64,000 nucleotides of DNA, taken from NCBI GenBank assembly GCA_016191285.1, contig JACPPA010000027.1, positions 41,603 through 105,602 of the forward strand, written 5' to 3'. The DNA is from Gammaproteobacteria bacterium (GTDB taxonomy: Bacteria; Pseudomonadota; Gammaproteobacteria; Ga0077536). How positions within the stretch are numbered: position 1 is the first letter of the stretch; each line of letters starts with the position of its first letter. Both the position numbers and the translations under genes were made by a program. Under the pieces are notes generated by a model, which was not told the origin of the DNA, did not search any database, and was given only the letters and a program-made list of their open reading frames with translations. Positions 1 to 8,917 of this stretch are shown here, one piece after another.

Positions 1-662
1 GATCCGTTCACGATGGGATAATTATTGGATTTGCCGTCGCCTTCGATGTGGGTCAGGAAATAACCCTGTGGACGGCGCGAGATTACCGCAACCTGCACGC
101 CGGGTTTGCCGAGCGTGATTAGTGCCTTACTGAGTTCAAGTTCCTTGCCTGCAATTGGACCATTGAGGACTTGCAGTCGACCCAAAGGCATTCCGCTGCT
201 GGGTGGTGGCGGCGCGGCGCTTGCCGCAGGGGCGCTTACCGCTCGTGGCGCAGCTGCGGCGGCATGGACCGCCGCCCCGGCATCCTGGGCGGCCTTGGCG
301 GCGGCCACCGCCGCGCTCGCCGAGCCCGGCCTGATGATCATCGTCTTTTCGAATTCTTCATCGTCAGCGGTGGCATGCTCATTGACATACTTGAGTTCAT
401 GCTTGCCAATGCCAACCACGTCGCCATCGCGCAGCGCGTGCTTTTTGATTAATTTTCCGTTGACGTAAGTTCCGTTGGTACTCCCCAGATCTTCGAGGAA
501 TGAATCGTCGAGAATCGTAATAACCAGTGCATGCTTACCGCTCACCGCTAGATTATCGATTTGGATGTCATTGTCGGGCTTGCGGCCGACTGTCATGCGT
601 TCCCGGTTTAATTGGAATTCGCCTTGAACTGCGCCGTTTAAGCTGAGTACGAGTTTACCCAT
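1..662 (-). CDS. FHA-domain protein: N-terminal FHA, Ala/Pro-rich linker, second FHA-like domain. C-terminus runs off the window.
   Basis: My own minus-strand translation from ATG 662-660 gives MGKLVLSLNGAVQGEFQLNRERMTVGRKPDNDIQIDNLAVSGKHALV...LGSTNGTYVNGKLI, which carries the FHA G-R / S-x-x-H / N-G signature. The frame stays open to nt 1. It is absent from the ORF track because there is no stop in the window. Confidence 0.8.
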   Translation of the reverse strand, partial: MGKLVLSLNGAVQGEFQLNRERMTVGRKPDNDIQIDNLAVSGKHALVITILDDSFLEDLGSTNGTYVNGKLIKKHALRDGDVVGIGKHELKYVNEHATADDEEFEKTMIIRPGSASAAVAAAKAAQDAGAAVHAAAAAPRAVSAPAASAAPPPPSSGMPLGRLQVLNGPIAGKELELSKALITLGKPGVQVAVISRRPQGYFLTHIEGDGKSNNYPIVNG

Positions 663-674
663 GGTTCTGTCCTG

Positions 675-1505
675 TCAGCTGCCCCTCGCCAAAAAGCCTT
701 GTAGTTTCGCCAACACCCCCGCGCGCCCATTTGGTGCTGCGCGGGGCCGGGCAAGAACTACGGAAATGTTGTCTTTGCCCCCACCGGCGTTCGCAAGCCG
801 CACTAATTCGTGAGCCGCCTCGGCAAGATTAGCACTATATTTACTTAGGGTTAAGCGAATTTCCTCATCATTTACCATATCATTGAGTCCGTCCGAACAA
901 AGGAGATAGATGTCGTTCGGCTCGGTCGCCAATTCTTGCACATCGATTTCGACATGCTCGTCAACGCCGAGGGCTCGAGTAACTAAATTTTTGGGTGTAT
1001 TCGCCTGCGCTTCTTCGGGGGTGAAAAATCCTCGATCGATGAGTTCTTGGACCAAGGAGTGGTCGTTCGTTACTTGTTTCAATTCCCCCGCGCGCAACAG
1101 GTAGATCCGCGAATCGCCGACGTGGGCGATGGTCACCCGATTCTGCGAAAATAACGCGACGACGATAGTGGTCCCCATGCCTTGGCATTGCGGGATTTCG
1201 TTCGCGGTTTGAAAAATATATTGGTTGGCGGTCTGGATACTTTCCTTAATCAGTCGCGATTCGATCGACGCGCCGGCGCTGCCGAGGGTGCTGAAGTGGT
1301 ACTTAGATTGCCCGTCGCGTACCCCATCCAACACGACTTTGGCGGCAATGGCGCTGGCTACTTCGCCCGCTTTGTAGCCCCCCATGCCATCGGCTACCAA
1401 GGCCAGCCCAAGTCCCGGATCGGTGACCGCGCTGTCTTCGTTATGCGGGCGCTTGCGCCCCGGATCGGAGACATTCGCGAGTTCGAGGTTAAGCCCTGCT
1501 AACAC
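675..1505 (-). CDS. PP2C-family Ser/Thr protein phosphatase
   Basis: 276 aa with GRKRPHNEDS, ADGMGG, CSDGL and GGKDNISVV motifs. GTG start. It sits 12 nt downstream of the FHA gene and 5 nt from the kinase stop. Confidence 0.9.
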   Translation of the reverse strand: MLAGLNLELANVSDPGRKRPHNEDSAVTDPGLGLALVADGMGGYKAGEVASAIAAKVVLDGVRDGQSKYHFSTLGSAGASIESRLIKESIQTANQYIFQTANEIPQCQGMGTTIVVALFSQNRVTIAHVGDSRIYLLRAGELKQVTNDHSLVQELIDRGFFTPEEAQANTPKNLVTRALGVDEHVEIDVQELATEPNDIYLLCSDGLNDMVNDEEIRLTLSKYSANLAEAAHELVRLANAGGGKDNISVVLARPRAAPNGRAGVLAKLQGFLARGS

Positions 1506-1510
1506 GGGTT

Positions 1511-4051
1511 TTATCCTCCAACCTGCTTGGCACAGGTCTGGATGTCACGGGCCATATCGGCGCCGGTCTGGTAGCGTTTGGTCACATCTTTTTGCAGGGC
1601 GCGGTTAATGATGTCCGACAAACACGGCCGTTGACGCGCGAGATCTGGCTTGAGTTCGGCGATATCTTGATGCGGTTCATTGGCAATCTTGTACATCAAC
1701 GTCGCCATCGATTCGCCGCTAAACGGTAATTTCCCGGTGACCATTTGGTACAGCATCACGCCGAGCGAAAATAAATCGGAGCGCCCATCGACCTTCTTGC
1801 CCGACAACTGTTCGGGTGACATATAGGACGGGGTGCCGAGCACCATGCCGGTCTTGGTGCGGCTCGAATCGGTAATCCGCGCAATACCGAAATCGGTTAG
1901 CTTCACCGCTTTTTTATTCGGCTCGTACATCACGTTGGCGGGCTTAATGTCGCGATGCACGACATTCGCCTTGTGTGCGTAGTCGAGCGCCAAGGCGGCT
2001 TTGAAGACAATGCCCAGGGTGATCGGCAGTGGCAGCAGCGCATCGGGTTTGGTATAGCGCACCAAATCATGGCCTTCCAAGAATTCCATCGCGATGTAGG
2101 CGAGATCATGTTCTTCTCCCGCGTCGTAAATCGTGACGATATTCGGATGCTGGAGCCGACCGGCCGTTTCGGCCTCGCGGAAAAAGCGCGTTTTAACTTC
2201 GTCGAGTTCGTCGGCTTCGAACTCCTGCGACAACGCCATAGTCTTGATCGCCACCACGCGATTGATCTTGGGATCCTTGCCCAAATACACCACGCCCATC
2301 GCGCCCTTACCGAGTTCCTTTTCGACTTCGTAGCGGCCGAGCATCGGCTTCGAAATACTGCCATCCAGGAGCATCGTGGCGCCGGCTTTGGCGCTGGCAC
2401 CGCCAATTAGCACCGTTTCCTCGAGTTGCTTGGCGCGATTAACCTTGGCCTTTATGTCACGAAAGTTGGGATTCTTATCCGCGATATATTGATAAACCGC
2501 CGCCGCCTTGTTGAACTTACGCTTGGATTCGAAGTCAGCGGCCAGGCTGTACACCGCTTGTAGCAATGATTCGTCCGCCGGGCATTTGCGAAAGTAATCA
2601 AAAGCCGTATCGAGTTCCCCTTTCTGCTGAAACTGTAATCCAAGCTGCTTATTGTTGGCCGCCGAATCCACGTCCAGACGGAGTTTGCTCGCCTCGGTCA
2701 CGAGGAAGCGCTTGGTGGTCAGCAACACATGGCCAATGGCGAGAAGACTGGCCGCAGTCATCAGCTTCAACCACATGGCCTGCGATTTCATCAGGCCTAG
2801 TTCGAGCACGATGAGCGCGACTAGAATCCCCACGCTGACGATAAACGCCTGGCCGGCCTTGAGGCGCGGCAACACCCCAATCAGATACGCGCCAACCAGC
2901 AGCAGCAAAGCGAATTCAGCAAACGCGGCCCAGCTCGGTTGCACGAAGAAATTCTGATTGAGAATGCTCGCGACCGTGTGTGCCAGAATCAGGACCGCGC
3001 CGCCCACATCACCCGTCGGCGTATGCAAATTCGAGCCGACGCCGAACGCCGTCGCGCCCAATAGAACGATCTTGTCCTTAAAATTTTCCGCTGGCACTTT
3101 GTCTTGAATGACATCGAGAAAGGAATACGTGTCGAACGGCTCGCGTTTGCCTTCGCGTTTGCCGTAGAAAAAGGTATTCATCATCAAGCGGGGATCAGTC
3201 TTAATGTTCAAATTCTTGAGCTGCACGCTATCGCCCAGGTTTACTTTAATCTCCTTGACGCCGACGTTCAGGCTTTGCGCGGCGATCATCAACGCCAATG
3301 ACGGGAAGAGATCATCGTAGAACCTGACCACCAACGGCTCGAAACGCACCGCGCCGTCGACATCGAGCGGATTTAGCAGATGTCCAATAGCTTGGGCCGG
3401 CACGCCCAGTGCGACGATTGGCGGGACGGCGGAAATTGTCGTCATCGGATCGGGCGGGGGATTTTGACCGCTCGGGTCGAGGATATTTTCTTTCGGGATC
3501 GCAAAGCGTTTGACATAGTCCGGCAACGGGGCGTCGGGATTGCCGATGGGTTCGCCGGGAACGAATTGCATGCCGAGGACGACGTTGTGCGCGTGACTGA
3601 GACTGCCGGCCAAGATCGCATCGGTATCGAGCGCCTGCTCCGCGGCTTTGATCGTTGCCGTCAGCTCCTGCCCGGCTTGGCCCGGCAGGGCGACATTAGT
3701 CAGCTGGCTCTTCACCCGTTCAATCCACGTTAGGCCGGAGTCGACCTGGGTCTCGGAGTAGAATACTGTCGAGCCAATGACCTTGGCGCCAGCGGCTTTC
3801 AGCTTGTCGACCATCTTGGCGTGGATTTCACGCGACCACGGCCAGCGGCCGATGTTTTTGATGCTCGCGTCGTCGATCGCGATAACGGCGATTTGATTGC
3901 CGGGATCACGTGTCGATAGGCGTACCCCGAGATCGTAGGCATCGCGTTCGAAACCCTCGAGCACTGCCGGGCCGCCCCACCAGGCGATTAAGAACACGAG
4001 GGTGATCGCAATACCGACGAAGCGGTCGGATTTCCAGAAGGCCTCTTTCAT
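1511..4051 (-). CDS. CHASE2 sensor-domain transmembrane Ser/Thr protein kinase
   Basis: 846 aa. The N-terminus is CHASE2-like (IAVIAIDDASIKNIGRWPWSR...), followed by a hydrophobic block. The C-terminal Hanks kinase shows GKGAMGVVY, AIK, HRDIKPANV, DFGIA and SPEQ. Confidence 0.85.
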   Translation of the reverse strand: MKEAFWKSDRFVGIAITLVFLIAWWGGPAVLEGFERDAYDLGVRLSTRDPGNQIAVIAIDDASIKNIGRWPWSREIHAKMVDKLKAAGAKVIGSTVFYSETQVDSGLTWIERVKSQLTNVALPGQAGQELTATIKAAEQALDTDAILAGSLSHAHNVVLGMQFVPGEPIGNPDAPLPDYVKRFAIPKENILDPSGQNPPPDPMTTISAVPPIVALGVPAQAIGHLLNPLDVDGAVRFEPLVVRFYDDLFPSLALMIAAQSLNVGVKEIKVNLGDSVQLKNLNIKTDPRLMMNTFFYGKREGKREPFDTYSFLDVIQDKVPAENFKDKIVLLGATAFGVGSNLHTPTGDVGGAVLILAHTVASILNQNFFVQPSWAAFAEFALLLLVGAYLIGVLPRLKAGQAFIVSVGILVALIVLELGLMKSQAMWLKLMTAASLLAIGHVLLTTKRFLVTEASKLRLDVDSAANNKQLGLQFQQKGELDTAFDYFRKCPADESLLQAVYSLAADFESKRKFNKAAAVYQYIADKNPNFRDIKAKVNRAKQLEETVLIGGASAKAGATMLLDGSISKPMLGRYEVEKELGKGAMGVVYLGKDPKINRVVAIKTMALSQEFEADELDEVKTRFFREAETAGRLQHPNIVTIYDAGEEHDLAYIAMEFLEGHDLVRYTKPDALLPLPITLGIVFKAALALDYAHKANVVHRDIKPANVMYEPNKKAVKLTDFGIARITDSSRTKTGMVLGTPSYMSPEQLSGKKVDGRSDLFSLGVMLYQMVTGKLPFSGESMATLMYKIANEPHQDIAELKPDLARQRPCLSDIINRALQKDVTKRYQTGADMARDIQTCAKQVGG

Positions 4052-4136
4052 CCCGTTGGCTCGCGGCTTCTTTTAGAGTTAATTCGAGATGTCGCCAATA
4101 GTACCTTGAAAATCCAATAACGAGTAGCTGGCGCAG

Positions 4137-4694
4137 TCAGCGTTTGCGAGGTGGTAGCGCCGCGCCGCGGCAGACTTGGGCAATCTCTTTTAACACCGCG
4201 GTTCGCGCCGCGGCGTGTTCGGCATTTGACAGGACATGTTTGGTGCCATCAGCGTCACGCGTGTAGAGATAGTGGCTGTTATCGATGTCCGCCAAGCGTG
4301 CGCGTACTTGAGCGCATTGTTTACGATGTTCGGCGAGTTCGGCCTGTGCTTTCGCGTCGAACTCGGCTTGCTCCGCGCGCTCGGTCGCGTATTCATCGAG
4401 CAGACGTGCGGTGCGCGCGGAGCGCGACGCCGCGTCATTGTCAGTGGTCGATGGCGGGCCACGGTCGACAGTCACGGGCGCGGCGTTGATGCCCTGCGGG
4501 CGATCGCCAAAATGAACTTGGCCGTGACCGTCGATCCACTTATAGATCCCCTGTGCGGCCACCTGCAAAGGTCCAACACCGAGCAAGACGAGCAACCAGA
4601 GCCGGCACGATCTTGGATAGCGTTGCCGCAGATACGGATCGTGGGTGGGAGTGCGTTGCAAGGCTTTAAGTGTCAGTCGAATTCGGACGCCCAA
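4137..4694 (-). CDS. DUF4124-domain secreted protein
   Basis: IYKWIDGHGQVHFGDRP motif after a hydrophobic signal-like segment. TTG start, so the start is uncertain. Confidence 0.6.
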   Translation of the reverse strand: MGVRIRLTLKALQRTPTHDPYLRQRYPRSCRLWLLVLLGVGPLQVAAQGIYKWIDGHGQVHFGDRPQGINAAPVTVDRGPPSTTDNDAASRSARTARLLDEYATERAEQAEFDAKAQAELAEHRKQCAQVRARLADIDNSHYLYTRDADGTKHVLSNAEHAAARTAVLKEIAQVCRGAALPPRKR

Positions 4695-4941
4695 AGTATA
4701 CGAGGCGGCGCGCGGACGATGCTATACCAGGCCTAACGATTCGTTTTAGTGGTGAGGCGCGAGCCTTTGTTGCAATCGATTGCGGGACAATCTCCGGCCT
4801 CCGATTCGGTAAACGCGCAGGTTTATGACGAGCCGGATCAGCGGCCGACCCTAAGGGTCGACGACCGCTGGATTATTTTCACGAAGGCCGCCGAGAACAG
4901 AGCACGTGCGCCGATCTGGCGTGCACGAAATATCTCATCTA

Positions 4942-5097
4942 GCCTTGGCTCCGCGCCGGAATGGAATCCGACGTCCGCTCGAGCAACGCCAGGACGGTGT
5001 ACTCGAACCGGAAGTGTGACCACCTCTGCGGAGAGAGCATGGACGCTCTTGGTGGTCCATGCCGGTGGCCGGCAGGAGCCGGTCACCGGTTTTTTTT
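4942..5097 (+). ncRNA. Candidate Rsm/Csr-family (RsmZ/RsmY-like) GGA-rich sponge sRNA
   Basis: Seven GGA motifs lie within 120 nt (4958, 4963, 4992, 5010, 5030, 5041, 5075); four are A(N)GGA. At least three can sit in small hairpin loops: cgga-ATGGAA-tccg, ctc-TGCGGA-gag, and the AGGA terminator loop. It ends in a 12-bp stem plus U8. It is convergent with fdxA, the same neighbourhood as rsmZ in Pseudomonas. The 5' end is a guess. Confidence 0.4.
5062..5097 (+). terminator. Rho-independent terminator (plus strand)
   Basis: CCGGTGGCCGGC-AGGA-GCCGGTCACCGG forms a 12-bp stem with one G-U pair, followed by TTTTTTTT. Confidence 0.8.
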
Positions 5098-5132
5098 GTT
5101 TGCCGCTATGCGCGCTTCAACGCGAACGAAGT

Positions 5133-5456
5133 TTAGCGTTCGAGATACTGCAGTTTGTCCGCGATCCCTTTCCATTCGTCCGCGTCGGGCGGAGGCTCTT
5201 TCATTTCATTGATCACCGGCCAATCCTTCGCCAGCTCGGCGTTGAGCGCTAAATACTGCTGTTCGTCATCCGTTAGATCGTCTTCCGACTTAATCGCCTC
5301 GGCCGGGCACTCTGGCTCACACAGCGTGCAATCAATGCATTCATCGGGATCGATGACGAGCATATTCGGGCCTTCGTGGAAGCAGTCGACAGGGCAGACC
5401 TCCACGCAATCGGTGTATTTGCACTTGATACAGTCGTCGGTCACTACAAAAGTCAT
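5133..5456 (-). CDS. fdxA: 7Fe ferredoxin ([3Fe-4S][4Fe-4S])
   Basis: [52 protein letters not shown] chose the internal ATG at 5456 to match the usual FdxA N-terminus. It is adjacent to mutS, as in Pseudomonas. Confidence 0.9.
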   Translation of the reverse strand: MTFVVTDDCIKCKYTDCVEVCPVDCFHEGPNMLVIDPDECIDCTLCEPECPAEAIKSEDDLTDDEQQYLALNAELAKDWPVINEMKEPPPDADEWKGIADKLQYLER

Positions 5457-5553
5457 GATGAGTATTGGGGAATTGGTTGCAGAGGCCGGCATTATAACGA
5501 CTGCTTAGCGGCGCACCAGTGACTCCTGGCGGCGGTCGCTGCTCGATGCCGCG

Positions 5554-8139
5554 CTAGTTGCCGACCTGGGCGTGGAGCGCGTAAACGAGCTCTAAGGCCT
5601 GCTTCGGACTCAGGTTGTCCGGGTCGATTGCACTCAGCGCTTCTACCACCGGATGCACGATGCGGGGACGGACGTCATCTCTGTCCCCCCTAAGGAACGC
5701 GAGCTCGGGAGTTGGATTATCCAGCGATTGCACGTAATGCGTTGTCAATTCGGTGAGCCGTACCCGTGCACGCTCGACGACGCGGCGTGGCACTCCGGCC
5801 AACAACGCGACCGCGAGGCCGAAGCTCTGATTCGCTGGTCCATCCTTCACCTGATGAAGAAACACCACGTCGTCGCCGTGTTCGAGGGCGTCCATTCGGA
5901 CATTGGCGATCGCGGGGAGCGCCGCGGCGAGCGCCGTGAGTTCAAAGTAATGCGTGGCAAATAGGACGTAAGCACGATTTACGCCGGCAAGATGCTCAGC
6001 CGCGGCCCACGCCAACGACATGCCGTCGAAGGTACTGGTGCCGCGGCCGATTTCGTCGATTAAAACCAAACTCTCGGCGGTGGCGTGATGCAGGATATGC
6101 GCAGTTTCCGCCATTTCGACCATGAAGGTGCTGTGGCCGCGCGCAAGCTGATCGGAGGCGCCGATACGCGAGAAAATCATGTCGAGTGGACCGAACGTCG
6201 CCGCACTCGCGGGGACATAACTGCCGCAGTGGGCGAGGATCGCGATTAGCGCGGTCTGTCGCATATAGGTCGACTTACCGCCCATATTGGGGCCGGTGAT
6301 GATTAACATTCGACGTTCGGGATTGAGGATTAAATCATTCGGGACGAAGCCGCCACCGCGACCTTGTTCCACCAGCGGATGTCGACCCTGTTCGATCACG
6401 ATCCCCGGTTCCGCGCTGAATTTGGGCGCCGCGAAATTCAATGTCGCGGCGCGTTCGGCGAAGCAGGCGAACACATCGAGTTCCGCGAGGGCGGCGGCGG
6501 TGCGTTGCCAATCGGGTACGTAATGACGCAGCGTAACCAGTAGTTCGTCATACAGCGTACGTTCGCGCGCTAGCGCGCGCGCATGTGCGGTGAGGATGCG
6601 GGCCTCGAAATTTTTGAGTTCGGGAGTGATATAGCGCTCAACTCCCTTGAGGGTTTGCCGCCGGTGAAAATCGAGCGGCACGGCGTCGGCGTGCACGCGA
6701 CTTAGTTCGAGGTAATAACCGTGAATTCGATTGAATCCCACTTTTAAACTGGGCAGGCCAGTGCGTTCACGCTCACGTCGTTCGAGATCGAGCAAGAACT
6801 GATCAGCGTCGGTCGCGAGTGTGCGCAAGTCATCGAGTTCCGCATCAAAGCCAATGGCGATCATGCCGCCGTCGCGGATTAACACTGGCGGCGCGGCGAC
6901 CAGGGCGCGCCGTAGCAGCACGCAAACATCCGCGTAGTCACCGAAATTTTCGGCGATTTGTTGCACGCGCTGTGCAGCAAGCGGCAGGAGCTGGCCGGCG
7001 AGCTCGGGGAGCAACTCGAGGGTGTCGCGGAGTTGCGTCAGATCGCGCGGTCGTGCCGAACCGAGTGCGATGCGCGTCGACACCCTCTCCACATCGCAGA
7101 CCTGCTTGAGTAAATCGCGAACCGCGGGGGCCGGACCCATGAGGAGCGCGTCAACGGCGTTCAAGCGTTCGCGGAGCGCCGTGTGATCGCGCAATGGCGC
7201 GAGCAGCCAGCGGCGTAATAGTCGCCCCCCCATGCCGGTCGCCGTGGTATCCAGCAACGCGGCTAGCGTGTGCTGGGAGTTGTCGTCGGCGCTGTCGACT
7301 AGCTCGAGATGGCGCCGGGTCGCGGGGTCGAGCAATACGTTGGCGCTTCGCCGTTCGAACTGGAGCATTTGGAGATGCGGCAAATCGCCACAGAGCGTGT
7401 GCTCGCAATACAGCAGCACACAGCCCGCGGCAGCCACGGCGAGCGTCGCGTTGGTGAGCCCAAGACCGTCCAGAGTTGCCAAATTGAACAGTGCCATCAG
7501 GCGTCGTGTGGCGGCGATGCCATCGAACTGCCATTCTGGCCGGCGGCGTTGCACAGGGGCATGATCGCAACCGAGAGCCGGTTCTAGGGTGGCCGGCACT
7601 AACACTTCGGCCGGTTGCAGGCGTGCGAGTTCAGCTTCGAGCGCGGCGCGGTTGTCGAGCTCGAGAGCATTAAAGCGACCACTCGCGACATCGATCCAGG
7701 CGAGGCCGAAGCGTGTGCCATCGGTCGCGATCGCCAGGGTAATGTTCTCGCTGCGCTCTGCGAGCAGGCCTTCGTCGGTAAGCGTGCCGGGCGTTAGGAT
7801 CCGCGTGACCCGGCGCTCGACCGGACCACGGCTGGTGGCCGGATCGCCGATTTGTTCGCAGATCGCAACCGCTTCGCCGAGCTTTAATAACCGTGCGAGG
7901 TAGGACTCCGCGGCGTGCGCGGGAACACCGGCCATCGGGATCCGTTCGCCGGCGGATTCACCGCGGCTGGTCAACACGATATCGAGTAATTTCGCGGCCC
8001 GTTTGGCGTCCTCGAAGAATAGCTCGTAGAAATCTCCCATGCGATAGAACAGCAGCGATTCGGGATGGTCGGCCTTAATCCGCAGATATTGCTGCATAAC
8101 CGGCGTGTGCTGATTGTCCGTGGGGGGAGGCGCAGGCAT
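5554..8139 (-). CDS. mutS: DNA mismatch repair protein MutS
   Basis: 861 aa with [34 protein letters not shown], the Walker A motif [15 protein letters not shown], and [12 protein letters not shown]. Confidence 0.97.
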   Translation of the reverse strand: MPAPPPTDNQHTPVMQQYLRIKADHPESLLFYRMGDFYELFFEDAKRAAKLLDIVLTSRGESAGERIPMAGVPAHAAESYLARLLKLGEAVAICEQIGDPATSRGPVERRVTRILTPGTLTDEGLLAERSENITLAIATDGTRFGLAWIDVASGRFNALELDNRAALEAELARLQPAEVLVPATLEPALGCDHAPVQRRRPEWQFDGIAATRRLMALFNLATLDGLGLTNATLAVAAAGCVLLYCEHTLCGDLPHLQMLQFERRSANVLLDPATRRHLELVDSADDNSQHTLAALLDTTATGMGGRLLRRWLLAPLRDHTALRERLNAVDALLMGPAPAVRDLLKQVCDVERVSTRIALGSARPRDLTQLRDTLELLPELAGQLLPLAAQRVQQIAENFGDYADVCVLLRRALVAAPPVLIRDGGMIAIGFDAELDDLRTLATDADQFLLDLERRERERTGLPSLKVGFNRIHGYYLELSRVHADAVPLDFHRRQTLKGVERYITPELKNFEARILTAHARALARERTLYDELLVTLRHYVPDWQRTAAALAELDVFACFAERAATLNFAAPKFSAEPGIVIEQGRHPLVEQGRGGGFVPNDLILNPERRMLIITGPNMGGKSTYMRQTALIAILAHCGSYVPASAATFGPLDMIFSRIGASDQLARGHSTFMVEMAETAHILHHATAESLVLIDEIGRGTSTFDGMSLAWAAAEHLAGVNRAYVLFATHYFELTALAAALPAIANVRMDALEHGDDVVFLHQVKDGPANQSFGLAVALLAGVPRRVVERARVRLTELTTHYVQSLDNPTPELAFLRGDRDDVRPRIVHPVVEALSAIDPDNLSPKQALELVYALHAQVGN

Positions 8140-8232
8140 GCGCGGCAGTCTAATGAAGCCGCGTCGTAGCGGCTACGTGCGCGGCGCAAGCCGGGGCTTG
8201 CCGGGAAGAAAAACCGGTGAGCCGCGCGCGCT

Positions 8233-8757
8233 TTATCGCGAACTATGAGATGGCGCCGCGGGCGGTTCGGTGGTCGCTGATCCGAGCGGACGCAAGAGTT
8301 CATCGAGTGCGCTACGAAGTTCGGTGGCGCGGGAGTGCATGTCGTTAGCGGGGAGCGTGTTGCGTTCGACTTCCGCGAAGCTGTCGCGCGCGAGACGCAA
8401 TTGAATCAGACCCAGGTTGTGCCAAGCGCGGGCGTGTTTGGGGTCACGGTTAACGGCTTCGCGATACGCGCGCACCGCTAGATCGGGTCGACTGGTCCGC
8501 GCATAGATATTGGCGAGCTTGAACCACGTCTCGGCGTCACTCCCAGGCTGAGCCGCGAGCGCACTGTAATCGCGTTCGCTCGCCGCCCAATCTTGGGCGG
8601 CGTAGGCGGCCGCTGCCGCGTGTTCGAGTCCGGCCCGATCGGTTTCGACAGGCGCATCGGACACCGTCGGCCGCGGCGCGAACGCCGCACATCCGCTGAG
8701 CGCGATCAGCACCCCAACTATCATTGCTACGCGTCGATCGCGACGTTTCTGCGGCAT
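8233..8757 (-). CDS. TPR-repeat lipoprotein
   Basis: The internal ATG at 8757 gives MPQKRRDRRVAMIVGVLIALSGC with a lipobox. TPR-like repeats follow (WFKLANIYARTSRPDLAVRAYREAVNRDPKHARAWHNLG). Confidence 0.65.
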   Translation of the reverse strand: MPQKRRDRRVAMIVGVLIALSGCAAFAPRPTVSDAPVETDRAGLEHAAAAAYAAQDWAASERDYSALAAQPGSDAETWFKLANIYARTSRPDLAVRAYREAVNRDPKHARAWHNLGLIQLRLARDSFAEVERNTLPANDMHSRATELRSALDELLRPLGSATTEPPAAPSHSSR

Positions 8758-8917
8758 TTTTTTTAGGGTGGATAAGGTGTGGATGAATAGTGGGTCAGCC
8801 GCTGACCGGCGCGTAACGCGCCGGGATTTGAACTTCAGGGGCCTTGAAATCCAAGCGCCGAGGGCCCATCTTCGCGTCCGGTTCCGATTAAGCATAGGGC
8901 ATTTCACAGGTAAATCG

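Noticed and set aside
106-468. 120-aa Ala/Gly-rich plus-strand ORF, with an overlapping 93-aa ORF
   Set aside because: It is fully antisense to the well-supported FHA-domain gene. The low-complexity composition is the mirror of that gene's Ala/Pro linker.
4700-5100. Possible tmRNA, RNase P RNA, SRP RNA or 6S RNA in the orphan intergenic region
   Set aside because: I looked for hallmark strings: a tmRNA tRNA-like 3' end with GGTTCGA...CCA, the RNase P GAGGAAAGTCCGGGC box, and the SRP GGAAGCAGCC box. I found none. The GGA-rich sRNA interpretation fits better.
4749-5252. 167-aa plus-strand ORF filling the DUF4124-fdxA gap
   Set aside because: It reads straight through a strong intrinsic terminator (5062-5097) and continues antisense into fdxA. 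It has no recognisable motifs or ribosome-binding site.
8768-8917. 50-aa N-terminal extension of htpG (similar extensions exist for ispH, fdxA, the Rieske oxygenase, pilX and fimU)
   Set aside because: The extensions have no similarity to the conserved N-termini. In each case an internal ATG reproduces the canonical start, often with coupling to the upstream stop.
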